A stretch of 64,000 nucleotides of DNA from Lingula anatina. Lineage: Eukaryota; Animalia; Brachiopoda. Where the stretch lies: assembly GCA_051362555.1 (NCBI GenBank), contig CM120646.1, positions 7,130,001 through 7,194,000 on the forward strand, in the 5' to 3' direction. Below, one piece after another: positions 50,242-63,729 of this stretch. The notes beneath the pieces are model-generated. The model made no database searches. It saw only the letters and a program-made list of their open reading frames with translations, and was not told where the DNA came from. Positions within the stretch are counted from its first letter, which is position 1. Every line of letters begins with the position of its first letter. Position numbers and translations under genes: made by a program.

Positions 50242-52274
50242 CAAACTTGACATTTAATATGGAATATTTTTTTCCAAATCATTTTTCATCAGTTTTTTCT
50301 GACTGATAAATGGAAATAAGGATTAAAATCGTGTTTTAAATTATCTCTTTTAGGTCTTTGTGACATCAGTTCATTAATAGAATTTGCCAGAGAAGCAAAC
50401 AAAAACACATTGCCTATTCTACGTCATACGACAGCCATTAAAAGAGATATTTTGGATCTCCATATTTTCCAAATTATTGTCTGTAAGGGCCCCTTTACAC
50501 TGGACGGCGTCCTTTCTGCGTCCCTTCTGCGTTCAAAAATGTGGTCAGGACGCTCAACGGTCGCCAAAGCAATTAAATCGTGTCTCAGTGTAAAGGCGTC
50601 TGCGTCCCTTGTGCGTCCTTTGAACAACCGTATCTTGATTTTACCTGTAAAACTGCGAGCAACCTGCCTGTACGTCATCTGTGCAACCCAAGGCGTCCAT
50701 TGCGATGTTTGAGAGATCATTGAGCATTTTTGCTGCGTTCTGGGTACCTTCATCGGCGATCAGTGGCGTCTATTCTACGATCATTCTGCATCCTGCTTGA
50801 CCGATGAGCGTTATTTGGGCGTCCTTCTCTATATTCTAACTCATCTTTTCATCGGTTCTAACCAGGTCATCCAATAAAGAACATTTCCAGCACACAAAAC
50901 AAATAAATGGGAATAAACGCTTTAAACTATAGTGATGCAAGGTCTGCATGGACTGATAATCAGCCAGATGCTCATTGTTATTCTTATAAGAAGGATGGAC
51001 AGGGACCGAAAACGAGAAAGTATGACTGACACAACATAGAATGTTTGAATCCGTTTTCAAATGAAGCATTCTGCAAAAAGTTCTGACAATTAATCTTGTA
51101 AAAAAGGCAAAATATTCGTTTAATAATAACCTCAAAAAAAAAAAAAAAAATGGATCGTTTCATGAATTTTAGGGGAAAAAACAATCGGAGGCTGATATGA
51201 GACCACTGTTACCCTTAGAATTCCTTTCTGGTGAAAAATACCTCAGCACGGCCCCGTTTGAGAGTGAAAAAAAATAACGTTCTACGTGTCGAACACTGGA
51301 CATTCTTTGAGTTTTCATTCTGCAACCAAAGCGTTGCTTGTGGCTCCTTTCTACGACCGCGGCGATGCTTGTGCGTCCTCTCTGCGACCGCGGCGATGCT
51401 TGTGCGTTCTCTCTGCGACTACGGCGATGCCTGTGCGTCCTTTCTGCGTCCATTGATCGACCATCCTACATCGCGTTCTCTCTGCGATTGTTTTGAACAT
51501 GCTCAAAACTTCGCGGCGTCCATGGCGTCCTCGGCGATGCTTGAACGTTCTTTGTGCGACCTTGGCGATCACTGTGCGTTCTTTGAGCGTCCGACGGCGT
51601 CCTGGCCAGTTTCATGGTCGCACAAAGGACGCAGAAAGGACGCCGTCCAGTGTAAAGGGGGTTTAAAAGAGTTACACGCTCCACAAAGGACCCTGATGTC
51701 AGTGTCTAGTCACAGTAATGGTCGCTGTTACGCCTGACCTCTTCTGGCTGCTACCAGCACTCTCAATTAGCAAGGCATTCCTTGGGATAGGTTTTTCAAG
51801 TTCAATCTAGAATAACAATCCAGGCACCGGTCAAAATCAGTCCAATTTGGTCCAGTTTTGTTGTAGGGCATGTAGACCATTGATTCGGCAAGTAATGGCC
51901 TACCCACATATTGTCTATGTGGTTCAAATATGGCGATTTTGATGACCAAGGTAGCTGCTCATTCCCTTGGTTCTGTAAGTAATCTACTGTTAAAAGTACA
52001 CTGGGTGAACCGGCAATCTCACCGTGCAACCTAAAATTGTTTCTAAGGTGCCCCCTATCAAATGATAGTCAAGTGGTTCCCAGATTATTCCTTTATTTGA
52101 TTTGGTTCAGGTTTTCGTTGATGACTACCATTGGTGTTTTGGCACCAATGTTGTATCCACTCCAAATACTGACGCTGTAAATATATATGAGATCGGAGGT
52201 TTTTGAAAAAAGAACGCATTTTTACCTAGGCATACCTTCGAAACTGAAAAATTCCAGATCAAATGTCAAGTCTG
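50242..52274 (-). mobile_element. Internally deleted Tc1 (family B) nested in the LINE
   Basis: TIR CA(G/A)ACTTGACATTT..TGGAAT at both ends, TA TSD. LPWSSKSPYLNHIDNMW is a decayed WPxxSPDLNPIENxW. Confidence 0.8.
50487..51663. mobile_element. Non-autonomous PIF/Harbinger-like element nested in Tc1-B
   Basis: TIR CCCCTTTACACTGGACGGCGTCCTTTCTGCGTCC and TSD TAA. Empty site in the copy at ~55313. GC-rich subterminal repeats (cggcgatgcttgtgcgt). Confidence 0.85.
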
Positions 52275-53926
52275 TATTAACTTTGAGCATCTTACCAGAA
52301 TGGATAAATTTATAACACTAATGACTGGTAAGAAGAATGAACAGATGATTGCTCTTGCCAAATATTTATGGTTAGCCTTTCAAAAAAGGGGCTGTGCTGC
52401 CCCTATTACCAACAAGTGTACTGGCTGTTGAGTAGGTAAAACCACTTGGACTCTGCCACTTATGTTTTGTATTTTTCTTACAAATAGTCGTACTATTTCA
52501 CTACCTATTATAATTCATACTTATTTATAAGTGCATTCCTATTGTACATTTCCATCTACACATGTAGATGCTAGGATACAATGAATAAAGTAAGTATAAG
52601 AGAAGTACTGGTAGCAATAAAATGAATGATGGCATCAGTAAACCGCAACTTACCAATGCGCTGTAACACATAAATTGTCCCCATAATGGAAATCGCATCT
52701 ATTGTATAACATTTAAAAAACATCCAAAACGTACTAGCTGTCTAAAATGTGTTGACAGCACATCTATTTATGAAACGAATGTACTCAACAGAAACCCGTC
52801 TGTACCAAGTAGAACGGATTCAGTGCTGGGTCAGATAAAGGCTTATGAAGCCAGAAATAAATAAATAAATTCATCAGGGTGAATTTGCTAACTAGAGCTC
52901 ATGCAGTGTAGCGTTTTTGGAGTGGAAAATTATAATGTCGTTAACGCCGTTTTAACTCAAGAGTCATTAATCATAACTAGAAGTGACAGGCAATAATTTC
53001 CAAATTTAAACGTCTTATTTTTTCAGAGGCAACATATTTGTTCGAGGCATCATCACAATTTAAAACTCGTATCTCCTCCCGCAAAGCAACGCAAGAACCA
53101 TGTTGTGTTTTGTTTCCTATCCATGTCAATTTTCATGATAATGCGATTTTAAGTTACTCAGTTGTGTAGGAAACCGGCCGCCTTCTCACATCAATTAACA
53201 AGGAAGAGGAAGAAATATTTACGTTTGATTTAATTATCCCTCTTGCGATCATGTCGACTTCACACTAGTTTGGGTCAGCAATGTGAGTGATCAGTACTTG
53301 TTCATTTCTAATACAATGCGAATGTTGAGTTGTTCCAACCGCAGAGCATATCATCATATCATATATATTTAATTTTAAAAATGCACAACAATATCATGTC
53401 ATTGATTCACAATGGTAGAAAAACCTTAAAAGGTATGTATAACGAAGCCATGCATACTTCGCTGGGATATGTTTGTACGTGATATATCCACACTAATTAG
53501 ACTGTCTCGTCTTACACTGTACCCAAGCAGTTTTCATAATATCTGTATCCAGTGCTTGCCTGCAAGTCGCCGGATTGGGCAGTGCTGGGCAGAAGTTCAC
53601 AGACACATTGGTCATTTCCAGCACAGAAAATGTTTATAGCCGCACACTTCCAGTGTTTCATACAGGAGATGCTGCATTCAATGATACCGGGGACATTTAG
53701 CGTGGTTATGGGCAATATGGGCGCGCGAGCACCTGCTGCTACCCTCTGGAACGTGGTTGAACTTGTAAAACCTATACGAAAACAATGATTAAAAATGAGA
53801 CTTTAAAAACTTATAACAAAAATATGCCAGTACCTGATTGACCGGTTATTTCAACATTGAATTAACCATTGAATATATAAGAGGTATAGATACTTCTATT
53901 TACGCCCATAAGAACTAATGATAATA

Positions 53927-55576
53927 CAGACTTGACATTTAATATGGAATATTTCAGTTTCGAAGGTATGCCAAGGTGAAAATGCATTCTTTTTTTCACA
54001 AACTCCGATCTCATATAAGATATGTGAATGGAGAAGTGTGTAGTCAGGTGTGTCGCTACCAATTAACTGAATACCAGGTTTGTTGCGCTGCTGCATTATG
54101 TAATATGCAGTGATTTACTTGGGTAGTGTTCCTTTGGGCTGGCCAAAGCTTGGGTTTGGCAAAGCATGGTTCTTTCAAAGAAGTATTCATATGTCGGCAA
54201 CTGCTGCATAGAATAATTTAAAATTTGCATGCAAGTGGTCTGGTTTGCAGTGTGTAAAATGAGCTATGCAGTGCTTTACAAATTTGTTAACCTGTGGCAG
54301 AATGGCGCGAAAAAGACAGGCATTGCCAGACAGATAATTGTGCCAAACGAAACGGTCCGCACAGTTTTAAAGAGTAATGCCCAGACTGATGTACCTACAC
54401 AGAGGCCACACCCAATGTATTGAAATCTTACCATCAGGACACAGGACCCACTGTCTTTCGGGATATGCTGTTGCAACTAAACAAAAGCCACCCAGTCCAT
54501 TCAGAATGAGGGGTAAATTGCCACCAAAATGCACTTTTCAAGGCCCTCAGCTTACACCAAACTGGTTTTAGCAGGTTAGAATACCAGACGACTTCCAAGG
54601 AACCCACTGTAAACAGCAAAACATCGTTGTATGTTTCTCTAATGAATTGGGGACCTTGACTGTTTCTGGGTTGAACACTGAAATCTCGTGGCTTTCTGTA
54701 TTGAGGTCAGATTTCACCTGTACCGCTCAACAGTCAAAACAGAGTTTACAGACATCCAAAAGAGGCCAACGACGAAGCGTGTGCCGCATCTAAAGTGACT
54801 TAGGTCATTAACAGCGTCAGTATTTGGAGTGGAAATCACATTGGTGCCAAAACACCAATGGTAGTCAACGACGAAAACCTGAACCAGATCAAATAAAGAA
54901 ATAATCTGGGAACCATTTGCTATCATTTGATAGGGGGCAACTTAGGAACAATTTTAGGTTGCACGGTGAGATTGCCGGTTCTTACAGAGCACTTCTAATA
55001 GCAGATTACTTACAGAACCTAAGGAATGAGCAGCTACCTTGGTCATCAAAATCACCATAATTGAACCACATAGACAATATGTGGGTAGGCCATTACTCGC
55101 CGAATCAATGGCCTACATGATCTACAACAAAACTGGACCAAATTGGACAGATTTTGACCGATGCTTGGACTGTTATTCCAGATTGAACCTATCCCAAGGA
55201 ATCCGTTGCCACTTGAGAGCGCTGGTAGCAGCCTGAAGAGGTCATGCGTAACAGCGGTCGTTACTGTGACTAGACACTGACATGAGGGTTCTTTGTGGAG
55301 CGTGTAACTCCTTTACAGACAATAATTTGGAAAATCTGGAGGTCCAAAATATCTCTTTTAATGGTTGTCGTATGCCATAGAATAGGCAATGTGTTTTTGC
55401 TTGCTTCTCTGTCGAATTCCATTAATGAACTGATGTCACAATGACATCAAAGAGGTAATTTAAAGTTGTTAAAACACGATTTAAATCCTTATTTTCATTT
55501 ATCAGTCAGCTAAATAGGAAAAAAACTGATGAAAAATGATTTGGAAAAAAATATTCCATATCAAATGTCAAGTCTG
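53927..55576 (+). mobile_element. Near full-length decayed Tc1 (family B, 1650 bp) in intron 3 of the lectin gene
   Basis: TIR CAGACTTGACATTT.ATATGGAAT and TA TSD. HTH-like VNLWQNGAKKTGIARQIIVPNETVRTVLK; decayed catalytic domain. Confidence 0.8.
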
Positions 55577-56393
55577 TATATACATGTGCGCAATGAGATA
55601 TATCGTAGTTTGAGGCTTGCCTGTAAATGCAATTTTGAGAACTCATAATCTCACCATAAACCTCCACTTCACAAAGCTGCAACGGATTATCGTCACTGCC
55701 TATTTTAATGACCAAGACATATCGTCCTCTCAGTGGTGACCCACAGGACAGAGACGAGTTCCCCACGGGTGCTTCATCCGGGTAACTGGCGCAGAGTTTG
55801 TACTGGTTGAATGATGAACTATCCTGGTAAGAGGTTCCAACTCTCACTTCAAAATTATTCAAACGGTAAGCTGAATTTAAAAATCGGCTAATGGTTAAAT
55901 TTTACAAAGCACTTTAATCACACTTGGATGTGATATGTAACGACACATTAAACAATAAATCAGTTATTAAACTGTTAGATGCAGTGATGAATAAAGTCTT
56001 TAGAAAACGGCTTCTGTCCGCCCTTTGTTACAAGAAATGTGGTTCACATGCACGATAATGAAAGGCGTTGAATAATTTGATAACACATATAAAACACAGA
56101 ACCAACGTACAATATCCGTCGGCACGGTTTGTTATGATAACACCGTCCACACGTTTCGTGGTTTCTAAGTCGACCAGCCACCATTAGCCCTGACCAGCAC
56201 GAGTATGGGTACAACTGTCATGAGACATGGCGTCGTCATGGTTACCGTCCACAGCGAGACTGGCACTGTACACACCGTATTCATTTATATAAGTGGAACT
56301 TTGGTACGTGTGTTTGCCTAGAGCCAAGTTTTGCCTGCAACCTCTGCATTGTGTGACATCTGTCGTGAAAAGATACCAAAAAACAACAGTTTA

Positions 56394-56427
<34 letters not shown>

Positions 56428-56531
56428 TTCAACTTTAAAGTGATTGTTTCAATGAAAACAATTAACAAAATTTTCATTGTAAAATGGATTGAAAGAACAT
56501 AATAGAACAATTTTAACTTCAGTAACAAATA

Positions 56532-56776
56532 CACACACTGGGCAATAAAAGCCTCATCCCTACTGAACTAATACTTTGGGGAAGATAAATGACTGTGGAA
56601 TAATATGCTCCGGTTATCATTTTATTAACATCAAATTTCACAAAAAAAAAAATAAAAAAAAAAAAAATAGACCAGGTATAAGAATTACTCAAGATCTGCC
56701 TACTTCGATTATTGATTACTAGGTTATTATTTGATTACTTTGATTCAGGGGGTAACACTTCTATTGTCTATTGTAT
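56532..56776 (-). mobile_element. Short decayed derivative of Tc1 family A in intron 1 of the lectin gene
   Basis: Ends resemble the 22030-22901 TIRs; interior matches both subterminal regions of that element in reverse orientation. Confidence 0.65.
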
Positions 56777-57509
56777 CTATTGTATCTAACCACACGGATG
56801 GATAATTTCCAAAATACATATATTTTAGCTCTTTGAAAAAAAAAACAATGATAAGACAACGATTTTACCTAGTGCTTTTTGTTTCTGCGAAACTTACCCA
56901 AAAATATAACTGTAACTCCGACAAAAAGCAGCCTTAGGACCACCATGCTCAATTCACACCTTGTTATCCCAGCAGCTGCCGAAGGCAGACAAATCAAGAA
57001 AACATTCCGTTGTTGTCCAGGATGGTGGGGTGATTGCAAATAAGTGGAAAAGTTCAATTGGTGCTTGGATGTTTAAAAGCGCGCTAATATAATTAGTTGC
57101 CTAAATGATAGATAGTGAAATATAACAAGGTGTTTTTAAGTGTATGGCTGTATGCTGCATGAAAGTGAAACTTATCAATATTTCATCTCATCCTATTATT
57201 GTAACAGCTTTTCGTGCTTTCGATCCTGAATGTCAGTTATAATATATGTGTTTATTTATTTTGGCTCCACACAATCCATCATTTATGCAACCTACTCGAC
57301 TCGTTCTGTCTTTCTAAGGTGAGCCGTTACGATCAATAAGTATGCGTGATGTTGTATATAAACTTGGTTCGAATATTGATTTTGTCTCGGGTTCATGTGT
57401 TGTTTTTTAATATCATTAAAGTGAATCCCAAAAAATGAGTTATTATTTTAATCGTGCGTTTTTTTCATAACCTTTCGGGGTTTCATGGTACGTTTGCATA
57501 TTGTACTAA

Positions 57510-60500
57510 TGGTTTTGTATCGAGTCATAAGTCGTTAAAAAAATCCCGATTGTTGGATTATATACATCAACACGTTATTTTCGTGTTGATGATATAGAAA
57601 AATGCAACAGTATTATGGCTAACTATTATTATGTATTATTCAGTAACCTCAGAGAAAGGAGTAACCAGACTGGGAGAACAAATGGTGGTATATGCGTCTT
57701 TGTTAAAAAGAAAATACGAAAGTATACATTAGAAATGGCAAAACCGTGTATTGATAGCCTGTTTATATTATGTGCTGAAGACTTACTATGTTATGGCAAA
57801 GACGTAATGTTTTGTTTCACATACGTACATCCCTCCTGAAAACTCTAGTGTTTATGAATCATTACCTGAATCAAATGGTGTTTATAATCTTGAGCAGTGT
57901 ATGATTAAATTATCTGAGAAGTATGACCACCCTTATCTTATCTGTGCTGGAAATTTTAACGCTAGAATAGGGAATAGACAGGATTTTATAATTGATGATA
58001 GCAGTAAGTACATGTATATGCCTCCAGGTTAAAACTTTGACGGAGACACTTTTAACATAAATCGCAAATCAAAAGATGACGGGCAAAATTATTTTGGTAC
58101 GTCTTTGTTGTCCTTGTGCAAAAATTTTAGTATACATGTTTTAAATGGTAGAAGTGCCCGAGATGCTCAGGGAGAGTTCACTTTTGTATCTCATATAGGT
58201 AAAAGCACTATTGATTATGTAATTGTATCTGGTCCCACAGGTAGCCGACTTTATAGTGTTGGAATGCGACACATTGCAACATCATTTAGAGGCTCACGAC
58301 CTACAAATATACATGATACTAAACCCATTCAACAAATAATTAAATATAAATGGAAATCAAAATTTACGAGGTTTTCCAAGAAAAGCTATTAGACGCAACT
58401 ATACAAACTATGATAGAAAAGTTCCATTATAGTGTAAAAGTAAACGTAAACACAGGTGTTGATATTCTGTGTGCTATACTATATTATGCAGCAGACTGTA
58501 TGTCTTGCAAGCAGAAAAGAAATTGAAAAAGCAACCAATTTGGTGGAATGAAAATTGCGAAAAAGCCAAAATAGAAAATATAAGCTATTGAATGTGTTTG
58601 CATACAAATTTATATGCAAATCTCCAAGCATATAAATAAGTAAAAATAAATTCAAGAAAATGTGTGAGCATGCTCAAATGCAATTAAAAGACAACGGAGG
58701 ACCTGTTTAAAGACCCTAGTTCTCCAAATGAAATCTGGGATCGGATGAAAGAGTATACTTTTTCAAAAGCAGGAGGAAATAACATATCAAGAGACACTTG
58801 GCTTCAATATTTTCGGTCTTTATTAGAAATAGCTAAGCACCCTATTGATCTCGTGTTCAAAAATGCAGCTAAACAGCTCATTGACAATCTGGAAACACTT
58901 GAAAATGAAGAAATTGATAATTTAGAAGATAAAATAAAAAAATAAAGAAATAATTGCTGCCATGAGGAAAATGAAAAATAACAAATCGGGTGGACCTGAT
59001 GGCTTAGTGGTCGAGATGTTTTAAAATAGTGAAATTCTAGTCCCCTGTTAATGTTCATTATATAACAAAGTTATGCAAACTGGGGTCTTCCCGGCAAAAT
59101 GGGAAGAGGCTATTATATGCCCAATCTATAAAAAAAGGTGACAAAAATGATCCAAATAATAACAGAGGTATTTCTCTATTAAACGTTGTGGGGAAAATAT
59201 TTACAAAAGTTCTAAATGAAAGGTTAGTAAAATGGGCAGAAGATACAAGTAAGTTTTGTGAAGAACAAAGTGGGTTTAGGAAAGGCTATAGTACAATAGA
59301 TAATTGCTTCACATTGCAAGCCCTAATATAGAAATATCTTACAAAACAGGGGGGAAGATGCTATTGTATTTTCATCGATTTCGCTAAAGCCTTTGATTGC
59401 GTTGACATACATTATTAATATATGTTTTTCTGTAAAACAAGTTTAATACAAAGACAGTCAAAATCATTAAATCTATGTATAAGCAATTGAAGTCAAGTAT
59501 ACAGATGAAAGATGGTATATCTGATTTTTTTATTGTGCCATAGACACCAAACAAGGCTGCATGTTAAGTCCATTTGTTTTCTCTATTTCTAAATGAATTT
59601 GTATATATTTTAAGAAATGATGAAAGCTGTAAAGGCATTTTCGTTAATGAAGATTCACCTAACACCTCTCATTTGCTCTTTGCAGACCATGCAGTAGAGG
59701 TAAGTGACAAGGTTGGTAGCTTGCAAAAGCTTATAGTAAAACTAGGAAACTTCTGCAAAAAATATGGCATGATGATCAACATAGATAAAACAAAAATCAT
59801 TGTATTCAGACGAGGTGGTTATTTAAATAAACATGGAAATGATTTCTAAATAATGAAAATGTAGAAATTGTTAGCCATTATAAGTACTTAGGGCTGATAT
59901 TTTCAGCTTTTTGTCCTGGAGCAAAGCTAAGAGTACTCTAGCACAGCAAGAAAAAAATGCTATGAATATTCTGATATACTTTATCAGAAAATTTGACGCG
60001 CCTTTGACTCAGTCCCTATATTTGTTTGATCATGTTGTTGTACCAACTTTGTTCTATGTAGCTGAAATTTAGGGCTTCAAGAATGTGAACAAATAGAAAT
60101 AGTTCAACATAACTTCTGTAAAAAAATATTGGGGCTGAGCGCAAGGACATCAAATGTCGTGGTCCTGGTAGATTACCATTATTTTCAGTGTACACCATAC
60201 GATATATTAAGTATTGGCTGAAATTGATTAGGATGGAACCAGAGAGGTACCCCAGAGCTTGCTATAATATGTTGCGTACATTAGATGAACATGGAAGGAC
60301 TAACTTGGTGACTTAGTGAGGAAATACAGAGTAGCATTTTCAAGATTCAGGGCTTCAAATCATAGACTTGCAACAGAAATTGGTAGACATGAACATTTAC
60401 AAAAAATACATAGGCTGTGTAAATATTGCTTAAAGAAAAATATGTATGAAATTGAGGATGAGAAGCATTTTTACCAGTTTGTCCACGTGATGAGGAACTG

Positions 60501-60725
60501 ACAGCTCATTGCATTCCTAATTTGAATACTAACAATACATCTTCAAATTGTTATATTGCTATGATGAAAACAAAAAATCCTGATGCTCTGAACAACCTTG
60601 CTAGATTTATCTATCATGGTTTAATTGCTAGAGAAAACTGATGTAAAATGTCGAACTGTAACCTTGTGATGTATTTGCTATTGGCCGGTGGCCTTTATCA
60701 ATTGAATAAAGCATTATACGTTATT
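57510..60725 (+). mobile_element. Decayed LINE ORF2 (APE endonuclease + RT + C-terminal Cys motif)
   Basis: GRTNGGICVFVK, GNFNARIG, LNGR..STIDYV, NRGISLLNVVGKIF, FIDFAKAFD, QGCMLSP, LLFADH, YKYLG, FRASNHRLATEIGR...IEDEKHF. Many stops and frameshifts; AATAAA at ~60705. Absent from the paralogous block at ~48770. Confidence 0.88.
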
Positions 60726-62794
60726 TCATAGGAGAATACATATTTAAATGTAGCATACCTTAATAAATACCTGTAATAATTAAATGGAAAGTGGCTGTCT
60801 TTAGTACCTTAATGTTGCTAATTTTTGTAACCCTTTCTTACATGTTTCTTCTTTTTTCTTGTATCTTTAAATTGCCTCGCACTCACACTGTGTTTTGCTG
60901 CATATTCACTAAAGAACTCCAACTAGATGCACTGAGGATTCATGTACATCTAAAATTTAAAAAAAAAATGTTTCTACTGTAGATCTCAGTTTACTGCTCA
61001 TTAACCGATATAAACTAACAAAAATTAGATTAAGATCACCCAGCTCAACCCATCTCCTACCCCTACTGATTTATCCATCACCCTGTGGGTTTAACCATTT
61101 CTTCTTTATCGTATAGGTTTGTGTGTGTGTTACCATTGCACAGGCCTCTTTGGAGATTGTTGTTCATTGCACTTTTTTCATGTAGTTTTTCAGTTTGTAG
61201 TCCTGTTTGAGAGACCAAAGGAACTTATGTCACAGGCACAGTAAACTTGGTGGGGACTAGAGCCCCATGAAACTGTACCATGTCGAGCTACTGAAGATAG
61301 ACATATGAAACATTATCATGGTTGTTTATGCCGGCATATGAGTAAAGCCATTATTACCGTCTCAAACAGTGAAAGTTGTGGCGTTTATAACACATCTTAA
61401 TTATTTTTACATTTACATCCCTCCCATGGGGTAGTCCTTCATAATGATTTTCTGGACGCTGCCTTGGGGTATTCGCCCAAGATGCTACAGCCAAAATAGA
61501 AAGTATGTATTATTTGATAACAGTTCATGATTTAAGTGGGTAGTATCCAAGAAATCAAGAGTCCCTGTGGAGTGTACCAGTATCTGCCTCTGTCACTATC
61601 TACTTTTTAAACCGCGACCATCCTAGAACACCTGTCAGCCAATGCTTGCACCCTCGGCTTCTACAACCACGTGGGCGTTTGTGGATCATCAAGCACCACT
61701 AACACAATCCGGGAGCAGGCGTTAATATTTTGTTGATTTTTTTGGAAAATATTTGCATTTTCTTAGGATAAATTACAAAGAAAAGTGTTAATTTATAGCA
61801 AAATTTTGCTCTATTTGCAAGCAGATCTATTTAGTAAGCAGGCACCTTGAAGGGGAACTTCTATTGAGCAGTTAAAAAACACTTAGATTAAGGCACATAT
61901 TATGATACTTACATGTGTGGCAAATGAAATACAGTTGTATTCATCTGAGGATAATTTTTAAAGATTATTGCTTAAATATGTAAAGGGAACCCATTTTAAT
62001 TTTAATAATTAATACAATATAACAGAGATATATCAAAATAGATTGATTAAAATAACTAGTAAAAGTATGTTTAATGAAAGGTGTAGCAGGGAAAGCTAGC
62101 AATGTTTCATCATATGAATGTAGTGAAACCTGTCCATTTCCCCAAGATGTAAGTGGGCATTTTGATAACAAAAATGTTTTAACCAAGTGGAAAACTATTG
62201 AACTCAGGGTTTTCTTTCACATATTGTACAGGGACAAAAAATAGGATTAAAAACGCCTTTTTAGTGCATGGATTGCTTCTTTTTTAACTTATCTGAGAAC
62301 AATTGCTATGGGTAAAGCATAAAATGGCAGGTAAATGGCCTTAATCAATATCGAAAAAAAGAATCATATTCACCGTCCACTTTCGAACCCCGGGCGTCAG
62401 CCATCTTGACACAGTTTGAAATAACGCGGCTTCTCGACTCAGATACGAGATGTAAACAATGCAGACAGCATGTCGTTTCGAAGGTGAGCGTGGACGTGAA
62501 GGAGAAGAGGAATTGCTCACCGAATCTTTGCAGGTAAGCGAGTTATATTTACCAAAAGTACTTTAAAATGGGAAGATGGCAGTGGAAATCAAAATGTCTG
62601 GCAGAGGAAGTTAAAAAGCGTAGATAACTGCTAATAATGTAACGTTTCCTCGGGTAACGCACTCGCAGCCAAATCACTCGCACTGGGTACGTACTACTAG
62701 TTATATGAAGCGAGATAGTGCACTTTACCCCTGAGGTGTATAGTTCTGTAAAGCAGGAGGAATACCCTTTTCTGCTCAATGTGGTCATCTACCA

Positions 62795-63729
62795 CACGCT
62801 CGGCTGTCACCTTGATTGGATAGTAAACGATTGTCGTAAAATCGCTAAATGATATTAAAACCGGGTGCATAAACTTGAAAACCACCTACAACAACCTTGG
62901 ACTACCACATTAATCCAATACAATGCAAAAATAAACTATAACAAGTGGTTAAAGCCTTCAAACCGAATGTCGTAAAGTCCCCATATACCTCCATAGAGAC
63001 AATAAAATAGAAGAAGCTTCTGAAACAAACCTGATCCAGTTCCAACAGAATAATCGAAATAAAATACTGCCGGGCATCGGAGCGGCCTAAAACTTGGCAC
63101 GCTTACCGCTAATACTGCAGGCTACATCATCCCGTCGCTCGTTTGTAAATTCCGTGCATGGCATACGCACAATCAAACCGTAAAAAACAAATTCTCGGGG
63201 TGTCGTTGGCCAGGTCCACTCTAACCTACCATTACGAAAAAGAAGCCATGCCATTGGACAATGCGACCTCTGCGGTTACGTCATTTCCTGAATTGGATTG
63301 TTGAGTGGACCTAGCCAACGACACCCCGAGAATTTGTTTTTTACGGTTTGATTGTGCGTATGCCATGCAAGGAATTTACAAACGAGCGACGGGATGATGT
63401 AGCCTGCAGTATTAGCGGTAAGCGTGCCAAGTTTTAGGCCGCTCCGATGCCCGGCAGTATTTTATTTCGATTATTCTGTTGGAACTGGATCAGGTTTGTT
63501 TCAGAAGCTTCTTCTATTTTATTGTCTCTATGGAGGTATATGGGGACTTTACGACATTCGGTTTGAAGGCTTTAACCACTTGTTATAGTTTATTTTTGCA
63601 TTGTATTGGATTAATGTGGTAGTCCAAGGTTGTTGTAGGTGGTTTTCAAGTTTATGCACCCGGTTTTAATATCATTTAGCGATTTTACGACAATCGTTTA
63701 CTATCCAATCAAGGTGACAGCCGAGCGTG
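62795..63729. mobile_element. Foldback element / long-TIR MITE (935 bp)
   Basis: 427-bp inverted arms (62795-63221, 63303-63729) with about 2 visible mismatches, an 81-bp spacer, and an 8-bp TSD ATCTACCA. Confidence 0.92.

Larger units (their letters stand above)
49440..52595 (+). mobile_element. 5'-truncated LINE (L2/CR1-group-like) 3' end, split by a nested Tc1+MITE insertion
   Basis: KLFDTLVMPVATYTAEVWG and FRISAHNLGIETGRY...RICKKC...IEDEIHF..C. The reading resumes after 52276 (NFEHLTRMDKFITLM...LAKYLWLAFQKR); AATAAA near 52585. Confidence 0.8.
53512..56946 (-). pseudogene. F-type lectin (fucolectin) domain + PAN/Apple-like domain gene, copy B; 4 exons, one premature stop
   Basis: Exons 56946-56898, 56359-56111, 55870-55655 and 53771-53512, all GT-AG and phase-compatible (774 nt). 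NLALGK..QSS, ASLAVDGN, H-x26-RAD-x4-R, GRYV, LQLCEVEVYG, then IECSISC..C.AIN..CEL. TAA at 56186-56184 where copy A has CAA. Confidence 0.85.

Noticed and set aside
51169-51737. Arg/Cys-rich ORFs up to 168 aa
   Set aside because: They arise from GC-rich subterminal repeats of the Harbinger-like MITE.
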